Shown here piece after piece: positions 35,016 through 43,127 of a stretch of DNA of 64,000 nt. Each line of letters starts with the position of its first letter. The stretch's first letter is position 1. Where the stretch lies: positions 10,821-74,820 of the forward strand of contig SFEL01000004.1 of assembly GCA_004557245.1 (NCBI GenBank). The letters run 5' to 3'. The notes below the pieces were generated by a model. That model had not been told where the DNA came from. It did no database searches and worked only from the letters and a program-made list of their open reading frames with translations. Made by a program: the position numbers and the translations under genes. The DNA is from Clostridiales bacterium. Its GTDB lineage: Bacteria > Bacillota > Clostridia > Christensenellales > CAG-138.

Positions 35016-36425
35016 ATGGAAGAATACAGTGAAATGAACGGACAAAACGATGAGCAGAACACCGGCGGCGAGTTCGGCGGCAGTTATTATCAGCACAATG
35101 CCATGCCAAGGGAAAAGAAGAGCAGGCAAAACAGCTGTGCGGGTTACATACTCGTAGGTATACTCTGCCTGCTGGTTGGCATAGCTGTGGGCAGCTGCAC
35201 AACGACGCTGGCCATATCCGGCATAAAGGAGGCGGCGGAGAGCGTACTTCCCGGCGAGGATAAGGGCAGCGGGGACAACGATGACAGCGGCTTCAGCTTT
35301 GAGTGGCATTTTGGAGGGAAAAAGCCGGAAAACAATAGGCCCGCCAAGGATGAAGAATATCAGGAGCCTGAAAAAAAGCAGTATACCGGACGCGAAATGC
35401 CGGTGCTGGACGGGCAGGTCCCCATCATTTCAGATACAGCAAACCCCGCTCCGGACATAGTGGAGCAGACCTTTGAGGGTGTGGTAGGGGTCAATTCATA
35501 CGAAAAGGTAAAGGACAAGGACGAGCTTGAGGGCTACGGCAGCGGCTTCGCGATTTCAAGCGAAGGCTACATCGTGACAAATGCCCACGTTATAAAGGGT
35601 GCGAGCAAGGTAACCGTCACTTTACCGGACAACGACAAGCAGGAGATAGACGCCGAGGTGGTAGGCTACGATTCCACCATGGATATCGCTGTGCTCTATA
35701 TCAGGAAGGACGGCCTGAAGCCACTGGCACTTGGCAGTGCCGAAAATGTTCGGGTGGGCGATTTCACTATCGCCATAGGAAATCCCTCCGGCAGTGAGCT
35801 TGCGGGCACGGCCACATTCGGCATAATCAGCGCAACATCCAGAAACGTAAACATTGACGGCCGCGAGAACGAATATCTGCAGACCGATGCAGCCATCAAC
35901 CCCGGCAACAGCGGCGGCCCTCTGCTCAATATGAAGGGCGAGGTAATAGGTATAACTACTGCGAAGAACATATTTGCCGGCTATGATGAGTATGGCAACA
36001 CCATAAGCGCCGAGGGCCTCGGCTTTGCCATACCGATCGATAAGGCTGTGGAGGTGGCGGAGGAGCTGATAACTCAAGGCCACGTTGTTCGTCCCGGTAT
36101 GGGCATAAACGTGATCGAGATAACTGAGGAAAATGCGGAAAAGTATGATCTGCACAGCGGTATACTGATCTACAGCGTAACCAAGAATGGCCCCGCGCAC
36201 AAGGCGGGTCTCAGGGTGGACGACATAGTGACAGCCTACGACGGCATAAACGTTACTACCCAGGGCGACTTCGTGGATTACATTAAGGATAAGCGGGTAG
36301 GGGATACGGTAAGCTTAGAGATCATAAGGGGCGACGAGGAAATTACTATAGACGTCACCCTGGGAGACATTAACGAGTTGGGCGACGAGCTGGTCGGCAA
36401 CAGGACTTCAAGCCTGTTTGACTAA
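35016..36425 (+). CDS. htrA: HtrA/DegP-family serine protease with N-terminal TM anchor and PDZ domain
   Basis: Catalytic triad context TNAHV...DIAVL...GNSGGPL with a C-terminal PDZ domain. ATG at 35016 follows GGAGG. The track ORF N-terminal extension overlaps the kinase gene. Confidence 0.9.
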   Translation: MEEYSEMNGQNDEQNTGGEFGGSYYQHNAMPREKKSRQNSCAGYILVGILCLLVGIAVGSCTTTLAISGIKEAAESVLPGEDKGSGDNDDSGFSFEWHFGGKKPENNRPAKDEEYQEPEKKQYTGREMPVLDGQVPIISDTANPAPDIVEQTFEGVVGVNSYEKVKDKDELEGYGSGFAISSEGYIVTNAHVIKGASKVTVTLPDNDKQEIDAEVVGYDSTMDIAVLYIRKDGLKPLALGSAENVRVGDFTIAIGNPSGSELAGTATFGIISATSRNVNIDGRENEYLQTDAAINPGNSGGPLLNMKGEVIGITTAKNIFAGYDEYGNTISAEGLGFAIPIDKAVEVAEELITQGHVVRPGMGINVIEITEENAEKYDLHSGILIYSVTKNGPAHKAGLRVDDIVTAYDGINVTTQGDFVDYIKDKRVGDTVSLEIIRGDEEITIDVTLGDINELGDELVGNRTSSLFD

Positions 36426-36581
36426 ATAAGCGTCAAATATGCTAATAAATCCGATAAAAACAGTTTACAAAAGGCGGATTTATCTGGTAAACTATTTGTT
36501 GGTGCTTTATGCGCGCTTTGGCGCAAAAATGCGCACGAATAAGTTATTCAATTATTTATATTACACCTTAGGGGGATTGAA

Positions 36582-38654
36582 ATGAAGAACTATACCGCAG
36601 CAAACATCCGCAACATAGGAGTATTCGGCCACGGCGGCGAGGGCAAGACCACTCTTACCGAGGCCATGCTCTTCAATGCCGGGCTCCTCGAGCGTCTCGG
36701 CAAGGTTGAGAACGGAACCACCACTACCGACTACGATCCCGAGGAAGTAAAGCGCACTATCTCCATCAACTGTGCTCTTGCTCCTTACGAGTGGAAGGAC
36801 GTAAAGGTAAATATCATAGACGCTCCCGGTTTCTTCGATTTTTACGGTGAAGTTACTGCGGCAATGGCAATGGCTGACTCCGCTCTGATCGTCGTCGGTG
36901 CCGTATCCGGCCCCGTTGTAGGCACCGAGAAGGCCATGGATATGTGCAAGAAGTCCGGCAAGGCCCGCATGATCGTAGTAAATCAGATGGACCGCGAAAA
37001 CGCCAACTTCGATAAGGTCATGAATGAGCTGAACGAAAAGTTCGGTCCCAGCGTAGTTCCGATTCAGCTGCCCATAATGGAAGGCGGCAAGCTGGTAGGC
37101 TATGTGGACACCGTTCATATGATTGCCAAAAAGTACGATGGCAAGGGCGAGAAGGATTGTGATATCCCCGCCAATCTGTCCGCACGCGCGCAGGAAGTCT
37201 ATGAGGCCCTCACCGAGGCAGCCGCCGAGACGGATGAAGCCCTTATGGAGAAGTTCTTTGAGGAAGGGGAGCTCTCCCGCGAGGAGATAATCTCCGGCCT
37301 GAATAACGGTATTCTGGGCGGCGACATTACCCCTGTTTGCTGCTGCGCTGCACAGCCCAATATTGGCGTATGCACCCTGATGGACAATCTTGTCAAGTAC
37401 ATGCCTCCCGCCTCCATGGCTAAGGCTCCCAAGGCCGTCAATCCCAAGACCGGAGACGCAGTCGAAGTGAAGCAGGACGGCAAGTTTGCGGCTCAGGTCA
37501 TCAAGACCGTTATTGACCAGTTCGGCAAGTATTCCATACTTAAAGTATACAGCGGCGTTCTCAGCGCAGATGTTGTTCCGTACAATACCCGTGAAGAAAA
37601 GTCCGAGAAGCCCTCTGCCCCTGGCATTATGCGCGGCAAGAAGGTCACTCCCGTCGATAAGCTCATCGCTGGCGATATAGGCGTACTGTCCAAGCTTCAG
37701 TATACCGCTACCGGCGACACCCTGTGCGACGCTTCCGCACCTGTGCAGTTTGAAGCCATCAAATTCCCTGAGCCCTGCATCAAGCTGGCCGTTTCCGCCA
37801 AGAAGCAGGGCGAAGAAGATAAGGTCTTTGCCGGCCTTAACAAGCTGCTCGAAGAAGATCCAACCATGGCACTCGAGAAGAATGCCGAGACCGGCGACAT
37901 GCTGCTCTGCGGTTTGGGCGAGGTGCATATTGATGTTCTCTGCGCAAAGCTGAAGAACAAGACCGGCGTAGAGGCCCAGATATCCGATCCCCGCATTCCT
38001 TACCGTGAGACTATCCGCGGAACCGCAGAGGCCGAAGGTAAGCATAAGAAGCAGACCGGCGGCAGCGGCCAGTTCGGCGTGGTCAACATGCGCTTTGAGC
38101 CTCTCACCAACGGCGAGGATTTCGAGTTTGTCAACGCCATCGTCGGCGGCGTAGTTCCTAAGGAATATATCCCCGCGGTCGAAAAGGGCACCCGAGAGGC
38201 CATGAAGCACGGCGTGCTTGCCGGTTATCCCATGATCGGAGTAAAGGCCACTCTGTTCTTCGGTAAGTATCACCCCGTGGATTCCAAGGAAGTTGCATTC
38301 AAGAGCGCCGCGCGCCTTGCTTACAAGGAAGCCTGCGCCAAAGCACAGCCTGCCCTGATAGAGCCCATCTATCAGTACAACATCACCGTTCCCAACGAGT
38401 ATACCGGCGCCATCATGGGTGATCTGTCCAGCCGTCGCGGCCGTGTGCTCGGCATGAACCCCTGTGAGGAAGGTACCGAAGTAGTAGCAGAAGCTCCTCT
38501 CTCTGAGATGTTCAAGTATGCTACCGACCTGCGTTCCATGACTCAGGCCCGCGGCTCCTTTACCAGCCAGTTCGTACGCTACGAGGACGTCCCCGCTTTC
38601 GAGGCAAAGAAGATCATCGAGAACGCCCAGAAGGAAGAGGACGAGGAAGAATAA
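36582..38654 (+). CDS. elongation factor G paralog (EF-G2-like)
   Basis: 690 aa with all five EF-G domains recognisable. The G1 motif GHGGEGKTTLTEAML diverges from the canonical AHIDAGKTT. DxPG is present (IIDAPG), as is NQMD. Confidence 0.88.
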   Translation: MKNYTAANIRNIGVFGHGGEGKTTLTEAMLFNAGLLERLGKVENGTTTTDYDPEEVKRTISINCALAPYEWKDVKVNIIDAPGFFDFYGEVTAAMAMADSALIVVGAVSGPVVGTEKAMDMCKKSGKARMIVVNQMDRENANFDKVMNELNEKFGPSVVPIQLPIMEGGKLVGYVDTVHMIAKKYDGKGEKDCDIPANLSARAQEVYEALTEAAAETDEALMEKFFEEGELSREEIISGLNNGILGGDITPVCCCAAQPNIGVCTLMDNLVKYMPPASMAKAPKAVNPKTGDAVEVKQDGKFAAQVIKTVIDQFGKYSILKVYSGVLSADVVPYNTREEKSEKPSAPGIMRGKKVTPVDKLIAGDIGVLSKLQYTATGDTLCDASAPVQFEAIKFPEPCIKLAVSAKKQGEEDKVFAGLNKLLEEDPTMALEKNAETGDMLLCGLGEVHIDVLCAKLKNKTGVEAQISDPRIPYRETIRGTAEAEGKHKKQTGGSGQFGVVNMRFEPLTNGEDFEFVNAIVGGVVPKEYIPAVEKGTREAMKHGVLAGYPMIGVKATLFFGKYHPVDSKEVAFKSAARLAYKEACAKAQPALIEPIYQYNITVPNEYTGAIMGDLSSRRGRVLGMNPCEEGTEVVAEAPLSEMFKYATDLRSMTQARGSFTSQFVRYEDVPAFEAKKIIENAQKEEDEEE

Positions 38655-38706
38655 TCTTCTTCGAACGCATCGGAGCAAACAACAAAGCCTGGAAATATGA
38701 AATGTC

Positions 38707-38754
38707 CCCCGTTTGTTAGAAAGTATTATATACTTTCTAACAAACGGGGCTTTT
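38707..38754 (+). terminator. long perfect hairpin terminator after the EF-G paralog
   Basis: 20-bp stem ccccgtttgttagaaagtat/atactttctaacaaacgggg with a 3-nt loop, then cTTTT. Confidence 0.75.
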
Positions 38755-38978
38755 ATATACTCAAAGGATACCTCATAGGCTTCGTTGCATAACGCTCTGC
38801 GACCGTTTTGTATAGAAAAGAATTATAGCAGGAAGTGTTGCATAATACTTTCTTATGAAATAAAAAATGCAGCTCTTTCATCTAATGCTTTTATATTGCC
38901 AAAATAAACGCTTTTTGGTACAATAATTGCAACTGAAAGCCGATGGCTTTTTCACAAATACAAGGAAAGATGCAAATA

Positions 38979-39719
38979 ATGAGAATACTTATTGCAAATG
39001 ATGACGGTATATACGCCGCGGGCATCAAGGCCATTGCAGCGGAGTTTTCAAAGAAGCATCAGGTGATGGTTGTCGCTCCGGATCATGAGCGCAGCGGCGC
39101 CAGCCATTCTATAAATCTTACGTCGCCACTCAGGATACATAAGACAGAACTTTCCGGCTTTGATAATATAGAGGCTTACAGGGTAAACGGCACACCGGTG
39201 GACTGCGTGATAGTAGGCTGCAACGCGCTGAACTTCAAGCCGGATGCAATTATAACCGGAGTGAACCACGGGTATAACCTGGGCATGGATATACATTATT
39301 CGGGCACGGTATCTGCGGCAAAGGAAGGGGCGTTAATGGGAATACCTTCAATGGCAGTATCGATGTGCAACCTTACGTCTAAAGATTTTTCGGTGCCGGC
39401 AAGGGTGGCGGCAGAGCTGTTTGACGGCTTTATCGCCAGCGGCAGCCTACTTTATAATGTAAATGTGCCCGACCTTGCCTACGGCGAGCTGAAAGGCATA
39501 AAGTTTACCGGTCTTTCAAAAAGGACATACTATTCACCATTTGAAAAACGGGTTGATCCCCGTGGATGCGAATACTACTGGTGGCCTATGCGGACGGAGT
39601 ATGACGGAGATATGAAGGCTGACAACGACGAGCGCTGGACGGCCGAAGGCTTTGTTTCCGTTACGCCAATACTTACAGATTTTACGGATTACGCTGCGCT
39701 GAAGCGGCTGAATAAATAA
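38979..39719 (+). CDS. surE: 5'/3'-nucleotidase SurE
   Basis: MRILIANDDGIYAAGI N-terminus and the GTPVDCV and SGTVSAA motifs. Confidence 0.9.
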   Translation: MRILIANDDGIYAAGIKAIAAEFSKKHQVMVVAPDHERSGASHSINLTSPLRIHKTELSGFDNIEAYRVNGTPVDCVIVGCNALNFKPDAIITGVNHGYNLGMDIHYSGTVSAAKEGALMGIPSMAVSMCNLTSKDFSVPARVAAELFDGFIASGSLLYNVNVPDLAYGELKGIKFTGLSKRTYYSPFEKRVDPRGCEYYWWPMRTEYDGDMKADNDERWTAEGFVSVTPILTDFTDYAALKRLNK

Positions 39720-39749
39720 GAAACAGACTAAGAAGGGGTCGATATCAAC

Positions 39750-40619
39750 ATGGAAAACGTGGATTTGCTCGCACGGATAAACCAGCATTACAGTTCTTTC
39801 AGCAAGGGGCAGAAGCTGCTTGCCAACTACATAATAGACAATTACGACAGGGCGGCGTTCATTACCGCATCAAAGATGGGCCGCACTGTAGGCGTAAGCG
39901 AATCTACGGTTGTCCGCTTTGCATATGCTTTGGGTTATGACGGATATCCTGCGCTCCAGCGCTCCCTTCAGGAAATGATACGCAACCGTCTTACTACGGT
40001 CCAGCGTATACAACTCACATCGGATCTTTCGCAGGATGAGGTCCTTTCCACTGTATTGAAATCAGATATAAGCAATATCAGAGCTACTATAGAGTCGGTA
40101 AATACCGCTACCTTCAATACCGTCATAGACTACATGCTCAAGGCGCGCAAGATCTATGTTGTAGGTATAAAGAGTGCGGCGCCGTTAGCACAATTCCTGG
40201 GGTATTATCTCAACTTCATACTGGACGATGTATGCATCGTCAACAGTACCGTATATGAAACGATGCTGCGCATAAGCGACAAGGACATGTGCATAGGAAT
40301 AAGCTTCCCCAGATACTCCTCTAAGGCGGTGGAAGCGCTGAGCTTCGCAAGGAGCAAGGGCGCATATGTGACGGCCATAACGGACAGCATGTTTTCCCCT
40401 ATAGCCGAGCTTGCGGACAGCGTACTGGTAGCGCGCAGCGATATGGCTTCCTTTGCCGATTCTCTGGCTGCCCCCTTGAGCCTTATCAATGCCCTTATAG
40501 TGGGTGCGGGCCTTCGCAGGAAGGACGAGGTGTACGAGAGATTGGATCAGCTGGAAGGCATATGGAAGAGCCACAAGGTGTACATAGCGTCCAATACAGA
40601 CGATAGGGATAACGAATGA
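39750..40619 (+). CDS. MurR/RpiR family transcriptional regulator (HTH_6 + SIS)
   Basis: N-terminal LSKGQKLLANYIIDN...ASKMGRTVGVSESTVVRFA HTH and a C-terminal SIS domain. Confidence 0.85.
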   Translation: MENVDLLARINQHYSSFSKGQKLLANYIIDNYDRAAFITASKMGRTVGVSESTVVRFAYALGYDGYPALQRSLQEMIRNRLTTVQRIQLTSDLSQDEVLSTVLKSDISNIRATIESVNTATFNTVIDYMLKARKIYVVGIKSAAPLAQFLGYYLNFILDDVCIVNSTVYETMLRISDKDMCIGISFPRYSSKAVEALSFARSKGAYVTAITDSMFSPIAELADSVLVARSDMASFADSLAAPLSLINALIVGAGLRRKDEVYERLDQLEGIWKSHKVYIASNTDDRDNE

Positions 40620-41836
40620 GCAGGGTAGCTGTAATAGGCGGCGGCCCGGCAGGCATAATGGCGGCAGCAGCGGCAGCGGGCTGCGGCCATGATTCAGTGT
40701 TGCTTGAAAAAAACGAAAAGCTGGGCAAGAAGCTGTTTCTTACGGGCAAGGGGCGCTGCAACATAACCAACAGCTGTGATACCGATGACTTTTTTGCCAA
40801 TATACCGAGAAATCCCAAGTTTCTGTACAGTGCGCTGTACGGCTTTTCCAATACTGACATAGTTGAGCTCATAAACGCAAACGGCGTGCCTACCAAGGCG
40901 GAAAGAGGCAAGCGCATTTTTCCCGCATCGGACAAGTCCAGCGACGTTATAAAGGCGCTTACGCGGCATTTGAACAACAGCGGAGCGGAGCTCAGGCTCA
41001 ATACCGAGGTATCCGGCATACGAAAGGCCGGCAGCGGCTTTGAGCTTACGGTAAACGGCTGCAGGGAGGCTTTTGACGCGGTGATAATCTGTACCGGAGG
41101 CGCGAGCTACCCAACGACGGGCTCTACCGGCTCAGGCTATACCTTCGCCCAAAAGCTTGGCCATACCGTGACGGATATACGTCCGTCTCTCATACCGCTG
41201 GCTACGGTAGAAGAGTGGCCGGGGAAATTGGCTGGGCTTTCGCTTAAAAATGTCACTCTGAGGGCGTACAACAAAAAGAACAGGCTGGTATATGAGGAAC
41301 TGGGCGAGATGCTGTTCACCCACTTCGGCGTATCTGGTCCGCTGGTGCTCAGCGCCAGCAGCAGGATAGCCGACAGTCCGGAAGGTGTGCGGCTCACCAT
41401 TGATATGAAACCCGGCCTTAACCCTGATGAGCTGGACAGGCGCATTTTGCGGGACTTTGAAAAGTACCAGCGTAAACAGCTTATAAACGGGTTGAACGAC
41501 CTGCTTCCGTCACGGCTCATACCGGTAGTTATAAGCATATCCGGCGTGCCTGCGGAAATTAACATCAGCTCTGTAACAAAGGCCATGAGGGAGTCGCTGG
41601 TGAAAACCATCAAGTGCATACCGCTGACAGTAGATCACGCCTTGCCGGTAGAAGAGGCGATAATAACCAGGGGCGGCATAAGCGTAAAGGAGATAGATCC
41701 CTCTACCATGGAATCCAAGCTGGTTCCGGGACTGTTCTTTGCGGGCGAAATAATCGACGTAGATGGATACACCGGAGGCTTCAACCTGCAAATAGCTTAC
41801 TCCACGGGTGTGCTTGCAGGCAGATCCGTAAGATAA
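40616..41836 (+). CDS. HI0933/BaiN-like NAD(P)/FAD-dependent oxidoreductase
   Basis: VAVIGGGPAGIMAA dinucleotide fold, GKGRCNITN motif and C-terminal FAGEIIDVDGYTGGFNLQ. The start overlaps the upstream stop by 4 nt. Confidence 0.85.
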   Translation: MSRVAVIGGGPAGIMAAAAAAGCGHDSVLLEKNEKLGKKLFLTGKGRCNITNSCDTDDFFANIPRNPKFLYSALYGFSNTDIVELINANGVPTKAERGKRIFPASDKSSDVIKALTRHLNNSGAELRLNTEVSGIRKAGSGFELTVNGCREAFDAVIICTGGASYPTTGSTGSGYTFAQKLGHTVTDIRPSLIPLATVEEWPGKLAGLSLKNVTLRAYNKKNRLVYEELGEMLFTHFGVSGPLVLSASSRIADSPEGVRLTIDMKPGLNPDELDRRILRDFEKYQRKQLINGLNDLLPSRLIPVVISISGVPAEINISSVTKAMRESLVKTIKCIPLTVDHALPVEEAIITRGGISVKEIDPSTMESKLVPGLFFAGEIIDVDGYTGGFNLQIAYSTGVLAGRSVR

Positions 41837-41853
41837 CGCGAGGTGAATGTATA

Positions 41854-42537
41854 ATGATAAATATAGCCATAGACGGTCCTGCGGGTGCGGGCAAGAGCAC
41901 GGTTGCCAGGGCGGTAGCCAAAAAGCTCGGCATACTCTACCTCGACACGGGCGCGATGTACCGGGCAATGGCGTTAAAAGCCATGCGAGAGGGTATAGAC
42001 CCAAACGATAAGGAGCAGGTGCTGCCCCTTCTTGAATGTACCGAGATATATGCGAAAAATATCGGCGGAACTCAGCATACCTATCTGGACGGCGAGGATG
42101 TTTCCGGCCTTATAAGGACGCCGGAAATATCCCGGGGCGCTTCCGACATAAGCGCCATACCGGACGTGCGCATCAAGCTGGCGCAGATACAGCGCAATAT
42201 CGCCCATACCTCAGATGTAGTCATGGACGGGCGGGAGATAGGCTCTTATGTGATCCCCGACTGCGAGAACAAGTTCTATGTTACCGCCTCCGTAGACGAG
42301 CGCGCCCGCCGCAGGCTGCTGGAGCTAAAAGAAAAGGGCAGGGACAACGGCATGACCGTGGAGGACATGGCGAAGGATATAGCGGAGCGCGACTACAATG
42401 ACAGCCACAGGGCCTTTGCGCCATTGCTCAGGCTGCCCGAGGCGATACTTATAGACACCACCGACCTTACGATAGGCGAAGCGGTGAACGCCGTGCTTAA
42501 AAACCTTAAAAACATTGGGGCGGAGGCGCATAAGTAA
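41854..42537 (+). CDS. cmk: cytidylate kinase
   Basis: INIAIDGPAGAGKSTVA P-loop and the LDTGAMYR motif. ATG at 41854 follows GAGGTGA. The track N-terminal extension overlaps the upstream gene. Confidence 0.9.
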   Translation: MINIAIDGPAGAGKSTVARAVAKKLGILYLDTGAMYRAMALKAMREGIDPNDKEQVLPLLECTEIYAKNIGGTQHTYLDGEDVSGLIRTPEISRGASDISAIPDVRIKLAQIQRNIAHTSDVVMDGREIGSYVIPDCENKFYVTASVDERARRRLLELKEKGRDNGMTVEDMAKDIAERDYNDSHRAFAPLLRLPEAILIDTTDLTIGEAVNAVLKNLKNIGAEAHK

Positions 42538-43127
42538 TGCTTTATATACTTTTCAGATATCTGCTTTGGCCGCTTTTCATGATAATAATGCGGCCTCAGG
42601 TATATAACCTGAAGGGGCTCCGGGTAAAGGGAGGAGCAATATACGCATGCAATCACTTATCCATGTTGGATCCAGTGATGATAGCATTCCTTTCTCCGCG
42701 GATAGTCCACTTCATGGCTAAGAAGGAGCTTTTCAACGGCTTGGGTAAGGTGTTCTTCAAAGGGCTCATGGTGTTTCCGGTGAATCGGCATACAGCTGAT
42801 ATAGCCTCTCTCAAGCGGGCTATGGAGGTGCTGAAAGATGGCAAGGTCTTCGGAATATTCCCAGAAGGCAAGCGATCAGTTACGGGCGAACTGGACGAAC
42901 TGGAAAAGGGCACCGCATTCCTGGCGCTTAAATCAGGCGCGCCTGTAATACCAATGTATATCGATCCCAAGTGCTATGACTCCATGCGGTTCCGAATGAT
43001 CGTAGGGGAGCCTGTGAGCAGGGAAGGCCTTGAGAACCTCAGCCGCAATGAGATGTCGGACGAGTTCACGAACCGACTTACTGCTGCCTTTGAGGGGCTT
43101 AAAGCGCGGCTGGAGGGTATGCAGTGA
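42537..43127 (+). CDS. plsC: 1-acyl-sn-glycerol-3-phosphate acyltransferase
   Basis: NHLSMLDP (HxxxxD) and FPEGKRS motifs. Sits in the conserved cmk-plsC-ispH context. Confidence 0.85.
   Translation: MLYILFRYLLWPLFMIIMRPQVYNLKGLRVKGGAIYACNHLSMLDPVMIAFLSPRIVHFMAKKELFNGLGKVFFKGLMVFPVNRHTADIASLKRAMEVLKDGKVFGIFPEGKRSVTGELDELEKGTAFLALKSGAPVIPMYIDPKCYDSMRFRMIVGEPVSREGLENLSRNEMSDEFTNRLTAAFEGLKARLEGMQ

Noticed and set aside
36561-38678. 705-aa ORF on the minus strand, the longest ORF at this locus
   Set aside because: It is exactly antisense to the EF-G paralog, whose translation has unmistakable GTPase and EF-G domain motifs. The antisense product is low-complexity (L/G/A/H-rich), has no RBS and no recognisable motif. 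It is a shadow ORF typical of GC-rich codon usage.
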